Assembly (NCBI GenBank): GCA_028023455.1
Contig: JAQFVV010000002.1
Span: 7,316,001 to 7,380,000, forward strand
DNA from: Epiperipatus broadwayi
Lineage: Eukaryota; Animalia; Onychophora
DNA: 64,000 bases
Direction: 5' to 3'
In this document: positions 53,457-64,000 of the stretch, in pieces
Layout of the letters: the number at the start of each line of letters is the position of its first letter
Position numbering within the stretch: position 1 is the first letter of the stretch
Made by a program: the position numbers and the translations under genes
The notes under the pieces: model-generated
What the model saw: the letters and a program-made list of their open reading frames with translations, nothing else
What the model was told of the DNA's origin: nothing
Databases searched by the model: none

Positions 53457-54599
53457 TATACTTATAACAGGTGATTCTTTATCACTCCCTGGATTGCAAG
53501 TCATTATTTATTTTTTTGCTGTCAAATACTAGTCAGTTCTCTAGAAAATGGTTTTGAAAAAATGGTTTGTTATAATTACTTCAATTTAGGCATGCACAAG
53601 TACTTAAAAACAATATTAACAATAAATAAGGAAATTAGTATCACATGCATTAGCAGGACAAAAATGGAGAATAAAGCAAGGGAAAATAACAATCAGGTTT
53701 ATAAAAATGAACATTAGGGATATTAGGTAATAGTGAAAGGTTGCATGGAGGAGAGATGATCTGAGACTTATTATATCAAATATTATTTTTAAAAATTTAT
53801 ATTTGTTTTTTATCATAAGAATAATTCAATACAAAACTTTATAGTGATCAGGTCCAAATCAGACAAATATGGAGAAAGAACATGATCGAAAAAGTCATGA
53901 ACGATTGAAAGAATCCAGAGAATAGAGGAGATTACTATTGTAAAGGTAAGAAAAGTAGAGATGCTTTAACCTAACCAAGAGATGCAGGTAGAGGAAATTC
54001 AAACCTCACCTACTCCTCCAGATTGCTACTAAGCAACTTACTCCCCAAACCTTACTAGAATTTATTCTTAATATATGCCCAGTGAACAGGGAGAGATAAG
54101 ATCCCAAAGGGGAATTTTAACAAAGAAAAATCAGGTTTAGACTATATAATAACACAGACAAGATATTGATAAGATTAGTGAATGAAAGTTTATTGTTCAA
54201 TTAAAAGAAATGACAATTTGAAGAAATAATTAACAAAAAAAATGTTGCAAGTTATTTTGCTTGCATCTACAAACATGGATATGTATTGATATGCATTAGT
54301 AAAATCCAATTAATATAATTAAACAATAGTATGGTAATTATATAACAACACCATACCCAGCCAACAACTGGGTGCTTTACTTTAAAGGAAAGAGACAGAA
54401 AAACATAACTCTAGGATGAAATTACAAAAAGGATAATTGGTTAAAACTAGTTAAATAAATTAAGGCCATGTTCAAATATAGCCTGCATTTATATGACAAA
54501 ATAAAGAAAAATCCCCCCAGTGAACATTTTTCAGACTTACTCAGCAATATTGTGAGCATATTACAAAGTTAAGATTTTATCTTAATGAAATTAAACATT

Positions 54600-54950
54600 A
54601 CTGTGGTCCTTGATGATTTAATTGTGTGAGTTTAAGTCTCAGAGGCATAAAGGTTTTATATATGGATAACTTGAGGTCTGGATAGCACTCTGGGTCTAAC
54701 GCAAGAGTTAGAGAAATGGAGCTCGTTCACCTCAGTGTGATCCATGCTCAGGGCCAGAGTATAAGTGCTTGTGTCAAATAGTAATATTGAAAAAAGGTCG
54801 AGGTCCACTTTGTATCATCAATGGCCATCTTGGAATGGTGTTAGCCTATTAATCAATGATGGTGGGAGCTATGGAGATGTGCTGAGACATTCTTATGAAT
54901 CACCGAGTAGCACAATATCAGAGAAAATGCAGTCAACCGACCGTTAAACT
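54600..54950 (-). pseudogene. Decayed LINE APE endonuclease fragment
   Basis: One minus frame: SDIVLLGDS* ... INRLTPFQDGH**YKVDLDLF ... LSMDHTEV (GDFN, LDL and SDH motif positions). Confidence 0.55.
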
Positions 54951-57900
54951 TTAAAAAGCTTAGGTAAAATATACATATTATATAAAATAATGTCTTCAAA
55001 ATTTTCTGAGACTGAGAGAATATCCATTATTAAAAATAATTATTTTATACCTTTTAACTAACCTTAAAATATAAAAAGATAGGTATATTAATTAATCACT
55101 ATTTAACTAGTTCACCCTTAGAGTTAATGAAGATTTAAGATTTTAATTTACATATATATATAACTGTACTGTACCCTCTCTTACATTTAATAAAATTATA
55201 AAATGCTTAAGCTATATTTTTTTTAGACAAATATATGTATATATATGAGTAAAAACCCAGGTTGACTTTAAGAAAGTATAAAAAATATAAGGCAGGATTG
55301 GATCTTTCTCATAAAATTGAACACCTTGATATATACACTCGAATGTCATTTTCTTTTATATTTCTAAGTATAAATTAAAAGAAACATTGAATTATTTTTC
55401 TAAAAAAAATAACAATTGCATGTTCTGTTTTTTTTATCTCTTGCTAATATATATTTTTAAAAAATCAGTGAAACCAACGGGCAGCAGGAGGCAATTGGAA
55501 GGAGAAGTTTTATTCAAAGAATTTTTTAATACATCTGAAATATTCCCGTATTTAGTAGTGGGTCAAACAAGTAGAAATAACTGAAATTAGATTATTTCTC
55601 CCTTCCAGTTCCTTCTATATATATATATATTTATTCCAAGCCATAAAAAAGAAATCGTGTTCCTTTCTTAAAAAAAAAAAAAAAGTAGTATACAATTCAA
55701 GTAATGTGTAATGGCAATCCATTAACAAAAAAAAAAAAAAAGATTTACTATATATTAATAAGATCAATAATCGCCATTATACTCGTCCAACAAAAAAAAA
55801 ATAACAATGAAAATGTTAAAAATTATCAAGTTATATATATATTAACACATTATAATTATAATACATAAATGATTTAAGTTTATGATTTAAACCAAAATAT
55901 AAGTGGAAATTTAAAGTTACCAGTAATCATTTATAATTGCGTATGTCTTTATTAGATAGCCATGAAGACATTCTGATCAGCAGTCCGTACTGATGGCTTA
56001 GGGTGATTTCTGTTCTGCAGTTATCCATTTATAGCAGCAGGCATTGGTCAGGAAAAATTGTTCTAGCACTCTACATTTCTTGGGTTACATCTTTCAAACT
56101 CCAGAAGACAGGAAAACCATCAGAGATAGAGGGAAAAATCTACTCAGCCATTTTCTCTACAGCACCCATTTTAAATTCTTTTTCTTCTTGTCTGTAGAAG
56201 GCTGGTGGCTTACGAATTTATTTAGCAGAGAGCCAAGATATTTTCCAGATTGCAGAGAGCTCTTTCAGAAAAGGTAAATATATTTCTTTATTCATTCTCC
56301 AATAAAAAAAGTCTTTGTGGCTGCTTTTTAGTCCAAGCAGTAGAGGTAAAAAAGAAAGAACAATAGACAAGTTCTCAATTTATATCTAACTTGTTGGCCA
56401 TTTTACATTTCAATGCCATTGTTCTGCTATCTTATTTTTAATTAAAAATATTTTTAAATTAATTATTCCTATCTAACTAATCTTTTTCTCTAATGAGTTC
56501 TGTGATTCTAGGAATTTTATTTTGTTATCTAAAATAAAATCTTTTAACTTTATTTCATAATATTTCTTGAATATGCTTTAAAGTTTCTATTTAAATTTAG
56601 TCTACATTCACTGTGGTTGGACTCAAGGTCTTTAGTTAAACCACACTGAATGGTGAAGCAAATATATATATATGTGTGTGTGTAGCTTCACTATGTTAGC
56701 TCAGATGTTGCAAATATTTAAAGAGATGTTGAAAGAAAATAAAGAACAGTATCAACACATAGAAGTATAAATGAAAACACAGAAAAAAGAAATAAAAACA
56801 GAAAAAAAGATGCCAGTACTTAAAGAAATAAAGAAAAAAGTAAGAGTTAAAAACCAAGCCATATTGGAAGGTATGACTAAAAACTGTGAAGATAAATTTA
56901 GTCCCATAGAAAAATATGCAAAAAAATAAAATAGTGTAAAAAGAAAAAGCTATATTTGATGCAGTATTGTGGTCACAAAAAATAAAAGCTACTTCTAATG
57001 TTGATGAGATTAAGAAAATTGTTGATCATAGCCAGAGTACACTAATTACAAACAATGATAAAATGTTCTCCATTAAGATGGAATAAAATAAGTGCATAAA
57101 ATGTGGTGATGAGAATGAATTTATTACATAAGAGATGAATAAATAAACATAAATGAAAATGTGATAAATAAAAGATGGAAATTGATGTGATGAGAAAGAA
57201 TTGAATGGATTCAATGAAAGAAATGTTAATGTGGAGGTTGAAAATTATATAAATAAAACCTAAAATAAAAAAGTAATTTAGAAAATAAAATTCTTATCCA
57301 AGTACTAATAAAAAAGATAAAGAAGCAAGGCATATGAAGAAAACCAAAGAGGGAATCGCTTTGGTTCATAAACCTACAAACAAAAAAGAAAAATTACAAA
57401 CAACCAAGGAAGTTAAACATCATAGACTATCAGATAACAATCTCTGTTTAAAGCAATCCATTATTCTGAAAAAATCAGTTGAAGGAATATTAAGTCCAAA
57501 TACCAGTACTGTTATAGCAAAAGAAAATAGTGAAATGGACAATGGAGGAAAGGATATTCACTCCAGTGGGAAATAATTAGAGACCGTAATACTAATAGAA
57601 GATTATTCAGATCATCTCAGATGAGGATATCAATAACTCCAAAGAATTTATGGGACAGAGATAAAATGTGACATTTAGATTAGCAATAAGAATGAACTAT
57701 TATACAATGATATTCCTGAACTTGTTTCAGGATAATGATTTTGAAAATGTTGAATTATCTAAATAACATAACATTTGAAAAATGGCAAATGTTGCTAACT
57801 CTGAAAGTGACTACTCAAAACAGACATAAAAATAATAATAGTTTGCTATTAAAAGAATTTGCAAGAGCGACCAATCACTAAAAGATGAATATTAAAGTGT

Positions 57901-59615
57901 AAAAAATAAAATAGTCAAAGACCATGATGCCAGATAAGAGCTGAGAAGAATAAGAATAAATAAATTTTATACTTGTAGCATCTTAAAAAAATGGAACCTT
58001 AATGTGTTATAATGATAATGAGATGTGCCAGAATGCCTTTATTTTTACAATAAAAAATTGTATAGAAATAAAAAGAAAATGCTAAAGCCATTCTATTGTG
58101 TAATAGAAAATAATGGAACAAAACAGTTTGTTGTAGTATCACTTTCCATGATCATCTAGAAGAGAAGTGTACATGATCTCAGAATTCATATCTCAGTATA
58201 TGTCTATATAGGATTGAGTAATCAGATTCATGTACTTACTTTTGTTTATATTAAATTATTATTTATTATAATTATATAGGGAGGGCTGATTACCCTTCTC
58301 TAAGAGTGAAACTCAGATAAGATTTCCTTATGCTATCTGGATACCAGTTGACTATTTCTGGTATTATTGGTTAATTGGAACAAAAATTTGGACTATAGTA
58401 ATAATCTATTTATTTCTTGTATGGTAGTATTCTCAATTCTTATCCATGGTATATGGCATGTAGGAATGTATTATGGCATAGTTATGTATGCAATTGCCCA
58501 GAGCTCTGGAGATTATATAAGACCAGCAATATGATGACCATTAATAATATAAATTTGCTTTAATATTTGAATAAATCATTTGTGACAATGGGTACATAGA
58601 AAGAAACTTAGTCAAAAATCTATTGCAGATCAATGTATACATGCCTGTGACATAATGTAAAGTAATGAGTATAATGGTCGAATCTGAGAAAATATTAAAT
58701 AATGAGAAAGGAAATGTTAATCTGGTCAAGTCAAATATTACAAGTTTCTTAAAATGGGGAATTGATAATAGTTTAGAAAGTGGGAACAATCTGGATAGGG
58801 ATTCACCACCATTTCGTCTCAGCTCCTCTCAGGACAAAATAGATTAATAACACTTTAAGGTTAATAGGTAAATAAGAAGAATTATTTCTACTCATGTTTA
58901 TAATAGCAATTATTATACTTATTAAAAAATTACAATTTATTAAATCATAATAAGACAAATTCCAAGCATTTTAAAATAATATAAATATAAATAATCAATA
59001 TTTGTTGAGAGTAGTTGTAATAAAATAGAGAAAGAAAAAAAAAGAATTTTTTTTTTCTCTTTCTTCCGTAATTTTATTTATTTATATGATTATCAATTTA
59101 TTTTAAAAAAAGAAAGGGAAATTAAGATATTAACATTTTTTTAAAAATACTATTTTTAATTAATCAAAGTTTTTTTATTATTATTTTCCTTCTATTTCTT
59201 TAAAGAAATGAAAAATATTTGAAAAAATAAAGGATTATCCTGATTCTGAATAATTACTACAGTGGTGAAAATTATTTAAAATATTTTTTAATTTAAATTA
59301 TTTTTTTGAAAGTGCATGCATATGTGTGCATGATGAAATATAGAAAAGCATCTTACTTGAATTCAATAAGCAAATAAAGATAAGTTTATAATGTTTATTA
59401 AAATAAATTTTAACAGAAGAATTTAATCCGTGTAAGATCATTAAATTAAAGCAAAGAAGATTGAAGTAATTATTTTTTTTTTAAAAAAAAACAACTAATT
59501 TGATTAAATTTATAAAAGACAGAAAATAAATCTGCAAATCTGATTAGTATTAGTAATTAAAAGATAAGAAAAAGTCTCCAATTTATTGTGTAGTTTTTAT
59601 TATTGACTTTTAAAT

Positions 59616-59789
59616 ATAGAGGATTTGAATTCAAACTTTCAAGCACCCACCAACTATCACCACTATCTTATACAATGACCCCATATATGTAGAAAAGATA
59701 AATATCCACCAATACACGTATTTCATGCTAAACCAGCACTCATCAGTTGGTCCAGATTATCATCTCCGACACATATATATAATCAGTAC
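59616..59789 (-). mobile_element. Family A truncated copy
   Basis: Matches 44472-44655, including the B-box-like end (GGATTTGAATTC) and the hammerhead. Confidence 0.85.
59708..59751 (-). ncRNA. Minimal type I hammerhead ribozyme, family A, best-preserved copy
   Basis: Minus strand ACCAA-CTGATGA-GTGCT-GGTTT-AGCAT-GAA-ATAC-GTGT-A-TTGGT: all core nucleotides, loopless palindromic stem III, GUA triplet. Confidence 0.85.
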
Positions 59790-62269
59790 TATATTACTGA
59801 CTTTTGTAAATTTTGAATTAAAAAATGTAAAAGAATTCAGAAATAAACTAAAAAAAAAAAGGTGTGACATTCTTTCATTAGTGCTGTACTATGGATTAAA
59901 AAATCAGTGTAGCTCTAATAATTGGAAAGAGCAAAAGAAACTTTTTACTTTGTCAATTCTAACATGACTGAAAATATGGTGTTTGGGAAAAAAAATGTTG
60001 CTATGATTAATTAAATATAAATTATTCTTGATAGAAATGGAACATTTGCTTTATGGATAATAATAATTATTTCTTAATACAGTCAGAGAAAATATGTTGT
60101 TAATTAATCTAAAGTATGCCAACTCACCCATATTTCTCTAGTCATCTTCCTGAAACCTGCCTGAGCTTGAATTTAATGTCATAACCCTGGATTAACTAAG
60201 ACACTTATGAAAAATGTTTGTGTTTTTATTTTTTAAAACAAAGCATTTAAAATGAAACAAATTGAAAAAAACACAAGTTTTCATGCCATGTTGGTCAGTC
60301 ATGGAAGTTCTAAAAAATGTCAATGGTAAAGCTATTTATTTAAAAGATTAAAAAAAACAATATATAGAAAAGGACTTAGTAAGTCAATATATTCTGATTA
60401 CTTTATTAGAATGTATTTCATATGTAATAGTTGCTAACTTACTTTTATCTATTCATTTTTATATATTTAGCAAGTGTGTGAAGATATTTTAAATAATTAT
60501 TTTTAACTTTGGGTGTGTATATGTGTTAATTATTTAGAACTGTTAAATAAATGATTATTGGTTATAAAATATAAGTTTTCAGTGCTATTTTATATAGCAG
60601 CTTACATTTCAAATATTCACATTAACACATCACTTTGTTTATCAAAAGAAAAAAAATTTAAATTACAGAGAATGTTTAACCACTGAACAATTGCTGACTG
60701 TTACTAATTGAAAGATTATAATATTTGAAATTAGTCCATTAAGCACAATAACTGAGTAAAGGCTGAAAATGCATGCCTTTTTATTTAAATTAAATTATTT
60801 TTGAATAATAAATGTTTTAAATGACTTGTGTTATTTTTTGGGGAGGTGATTGGGAAATATAATCTGTCTTAGGTTCAATCATCTCTATTCATATCTACTT
60901 TATATACAATTCTATAAAAATTGCCTTGAGTAATCATGTTTAAAGGTAGTTCCTCCAGGTTACCAGTACACTACAAAAAACTTTTCAGTAATTAAGGTAT
61001 AATTTAAATTGAAAAAGAGCGAAATAATCTTTTTGTAAAAGAAGAATCAATTTGTCAGGATTAATGCTGTCATGACTGAGGTTATATATGATAAACTGTG
61101 CAGTAAGATTGTTTTTCATAAAATAAAACTGGGAGTGAAGGCAGTGATCTTGGTCCAACTGCTGACAGGAAACCAATAGCAGCTTAGTTGGTTAGAGATG
61201 TTAAGCTTGTAGTTTAAAGAAATTTTGACTTTACTTAGTTTTTAAAATTTGAAATAAAGTTAAAAAACCAAATGCTAAGTTTTATCTGAAAGCTAAGAAT
61301 CACCAATTTAATATGTAATCTATTTCACTAAAAATATAGATAATAGAGAATATCTCAGAGAAATTTGCAACAAATTTTGTGCATACATCCAAAATCATGA
61401 CTGTTTCAGACTATGCTAACCTGCCACCTCTAAATCTGTGTTAACTAGGATATTGTTACTATCATTTTAAATTTATAACATGAAGTTATAGAAAAGTTAT
61501 TGGAAAAACTTTTACTTGAAATAATGGATAAATTTAGCTTATACTAATCTACCCTGGAAATTATTATTATCATTTTAAACTGAACATTTGAAACTGCAAA
61601 AAAAAAGCTAACCTGAAAAGACACTGAAATTAATAACTATAAAGGACATACTGAATGAATAAAATCTATAGTAAAATAAAATGTAGTTGATGTGCATATC
61701 ATGTATACATTTCACTTATATATATATATTGATTTATAAATCTTAATTTTAGTGTAAATATTAGTTAATGATGACAAATAATTTTATTAGTTGTTTTGTT
61801 CTCTTTCAAAATATTAAAATGTATGGATCTTTCCATTTTTCAAAATAAATGGAAAAGATAATTTAAAAAATTTTTTTAAACTTTTATTGTGAAATGTTAT
61901 TTATATTTAATTATTACAGTAAAAAATAATTGAATAAAAGTGAATGTCACATAAATAATAAGAATCAACAGACAATAATCTTGTATGAAATTATTTCTTA
62001 TATAGAATATATGTTAGGTTTCAAATTGTCATATTACTATCTTTCCTGAATTTTATTTATTACTTATCTCTATTAAATAGTTTTTGTGTGTGTTGCTGTC
62101 TTTATTTTTCCAGTTATCTATTCTTTCAATTTGCAGTGTGTATTACTTAATTTTATCATAGTGCTGTGCTTTGTGGGATTTGTATCTTATCCTAGTAAAA
62201 CAATTTAACATTAAATTAGATTAAACATATTTATCTACATTTACTCTTGTTCACAGTCATAGTTCCTTG

Positions 62270-62790
62270 GGTCCTTGTGATTCCAAGCTACTTCATGAGA
62301 AATAACCCTAATATATATGAATGTAGAAATATATGTTTGTGTTTGGATATCCAGATAGTTATCTGGATGGCACAAAGATTAAGATCACTTTTAAAGTTCA
62401 TACATTGCAATATATTTATAAAGATTTAAAATTAATTTTTTGTTGGTAAGTACATTCAGATACCATATGGTTAAAACATTGATGATGATCAGAATATATT
62501 ATAATTCTAGCATTTCTATTCTGATAGATATTTTAGAATAGATGTGTGTGCAGATGAAATTTTAATATTGCTTTATATCTCTAATTTTGATATTGGCTAG
62601 ATAATTAGCATACATTTTGGCAGCATATTTAGATGGAGTCACAAATGATGACTGGTGATTATTTTTATTTAATGCTAGTAATGTAACTTTTTATTAGAAT
62701 CACTACTTCTTTTATTCCATGCTGATTCTCTTATGTTCCTTTTATATCGGTTGATAATTATTCAGTAGGATGGTGATGTCCATTATCCCA
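62270..62790 (-). mobile_element. Old LINE-like (L1/Tx1 endonuclease end) fragment homologous to 52090-52620
   Basis: Minus strand YSDHHQ (SDH motif) near 62480; colinear with 52090-52620. Confidence 0.5.
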
Positions 62791-63023
62791 CTTTGCCACA
62801 TGTCCGTACCATAAAAATTTTATTCAATTTTATTTTTATTACAAATTTTATCATTAATATATGTATATGTATAAATGTGCTATTTACAAAATTCACAATT
62901 ATTAATGTATTATCTTATACACAATAATAAGCATATACAAACTCATATATATATATATATAAAATTATATAATTTAATATTTATAAATACATAAATCAGA
63001 TATATTTTAAAATTTTTATCCAC

Positions 63024-63065
63024 TTAGTAGCACTTTTGTCTATCTTTCTAGTCTTTGTCAACTAA
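63024..63065 (-). ncRNA. Degenerate U3-A8 hammerhead at the Penelope 3' end
   Basis: Minus strand TTAG-TTGACAA-A-GACTA-GAAAGA-TAGAC-AAAA-GTGC-TA-CTAA: stem I TTAG/CTAA, G12 lost, CUA triplet. Confidence 0.55.
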
Positions 63066-63109
63066 CACTTTGAAAGGCTAACTTGTTTGCTGCCTGCTTG
63101 TTAATTAAA

Positions 63110-63718
63110 TCATGTTTGTATTTGTATATTAGCAAAGCGTCTTTTTTTGTTGTTATTTTTTTCAATTTGCAATATTTTAATATTGTTGTAATTGAAGTTA
63201 AAACCATAAAAACATGAATTATTATGGTCATGAAAAATGGATGCTGCAACATTATTATGTACTTTGCAATTTTGATTTGATTTCTGAACTCTTTTTAACA
63301 ACAGCAAGTGCTCTTTAGTTCTTTTTTCCAATGTACATCTTGATTCACCTATACATCCACTACCACACCTACATATCTATTTATAAATGATACAATTTTT
63401 ATTTATAAATGCCATTTTATCTTTAGAATTATTTATTAATTTGTTTAATGTAGGAGGTGTGTAAAATGAAATATCACATACACCTTTAAAAATCTTCCTT
63501 ATAAATTTACTTAATATGGTATTGATATCCACATTTTTTTTATTAGCAGGAGGATCAATATTTTTATTAAAATTTTTATTCTTATATCTCATATTAAAAT
63601 CTTTAATAATATTATATATATGATTATAAGTGTAACCAACATTTAAAAATTCATTCGAATATATTTCAATATTTTTGCCTTTACCCGATAAATATTTGCA
63701 TAGACTATAATAATTCAA
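63110..63718 (-). pseudogene. Penelope-like element: RT thumb end plus GIY-YIG endonuclease with one in-frame stop
   Basis: ORFs 63377-63718 and 63110-63331 are in the same frame and read KNCIIYK*ICRCGSGCIGESRCTLEKRTKEH...NIKILQIE, matching the PLE consensus VIY.I.C..C...YIG.T.R.L..R..EH. Confidence 0.85.
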
Positions 63719-63724
63719 AGGCTA

Positions 63725-63940
63725 TAATAATTCATGTATTTAAGGTTTTAACTTCAGTTACAACAGTATTAAAATATTGCAAAGTGAAAAAAATAACAAC
63801 AAAAGTAAAATAAAGAGAAGCTATGTTAATATACAAATACAAACATGACTTAATTAACAGGCAGCAAATGTTAAGATCATGGAATTGTGGGAAGATTAAC
63901 TTTTCAAAGTGTTAGTTGACAAAGACTACAAGGATAGCAT
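63725..63940 (+). repeat. Inverted partial duplication of the Penelope 3' end (inverted pLTR fragment)
   Basis: TAATAATTCATG...TATTAAAATATTGCAAA...CAAATACAAACATGA...TTTCAAAGTGTTAGTTGACAAAGACTA is the reverse complement of 63050-63225. Confidence 0.8.
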
Positions 63941-64000
63941 TTTTCATGCTTTAATGGTTTCTGGTAGACTTTCTTTTTTTACACACTATGAAGTGGAAGT

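Noticed and set aside
56700-58850. Long decayed purine-rich frames and a hydrophobic segment resembling a chemoreceptor
   Set aside because: Many stops in every frame and no motif that discriminates TE from receptor; not assignable by eye.
1-64000. CRISPR arrays, rRNA, intact tRNA genes, prokaryotic operons, alternative genetic code
   Set aside because: No regularly spaced repeat-spacer array or rRNA-like segment was seen; the tRNA-like sequences have broken cloverleaves; in-frame TAA/TAG/TGA in relics are mixed and consistent with ordinary pseudogene decay.

Overview
Very AT-rich (roughly three-quarters A+T by eye) eukaryotic, most likely invertebrate-animal, genomic DNA. I recognise no intact host gene. 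The listed ORFs are mostly chance frames or pieces of decayed transposons: LINE RT/APE fragments, an RTE 3' tail, hAT relics, a Penelope GIY-YIG endonuclease, tRNA-derived SINEs and non-autonomous TIR elements. The main signal is a dense population of minimal type I hammerhead-ribozyme (HHR) motifs: about 12 copies or relics from at least 6 unrelated sequence families. Most sit in 0.3-1.1 kb fold-back insertions built as a monomer plus a partial tandem repeat, joined to an inverted copy. Three HHR-family insertions and one related fold-back are bounded by 13-19 bp target-site duplications. Two families also carry tRNA-like Pol III A/B boxes. One U3-A8 variant HHR lies directly behind the Penelope GIY-YIG ORF, which points to Penelope-like elements as the mobiliser. 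All alignments, folds and translations were done by eye; nothing was computed or searched.
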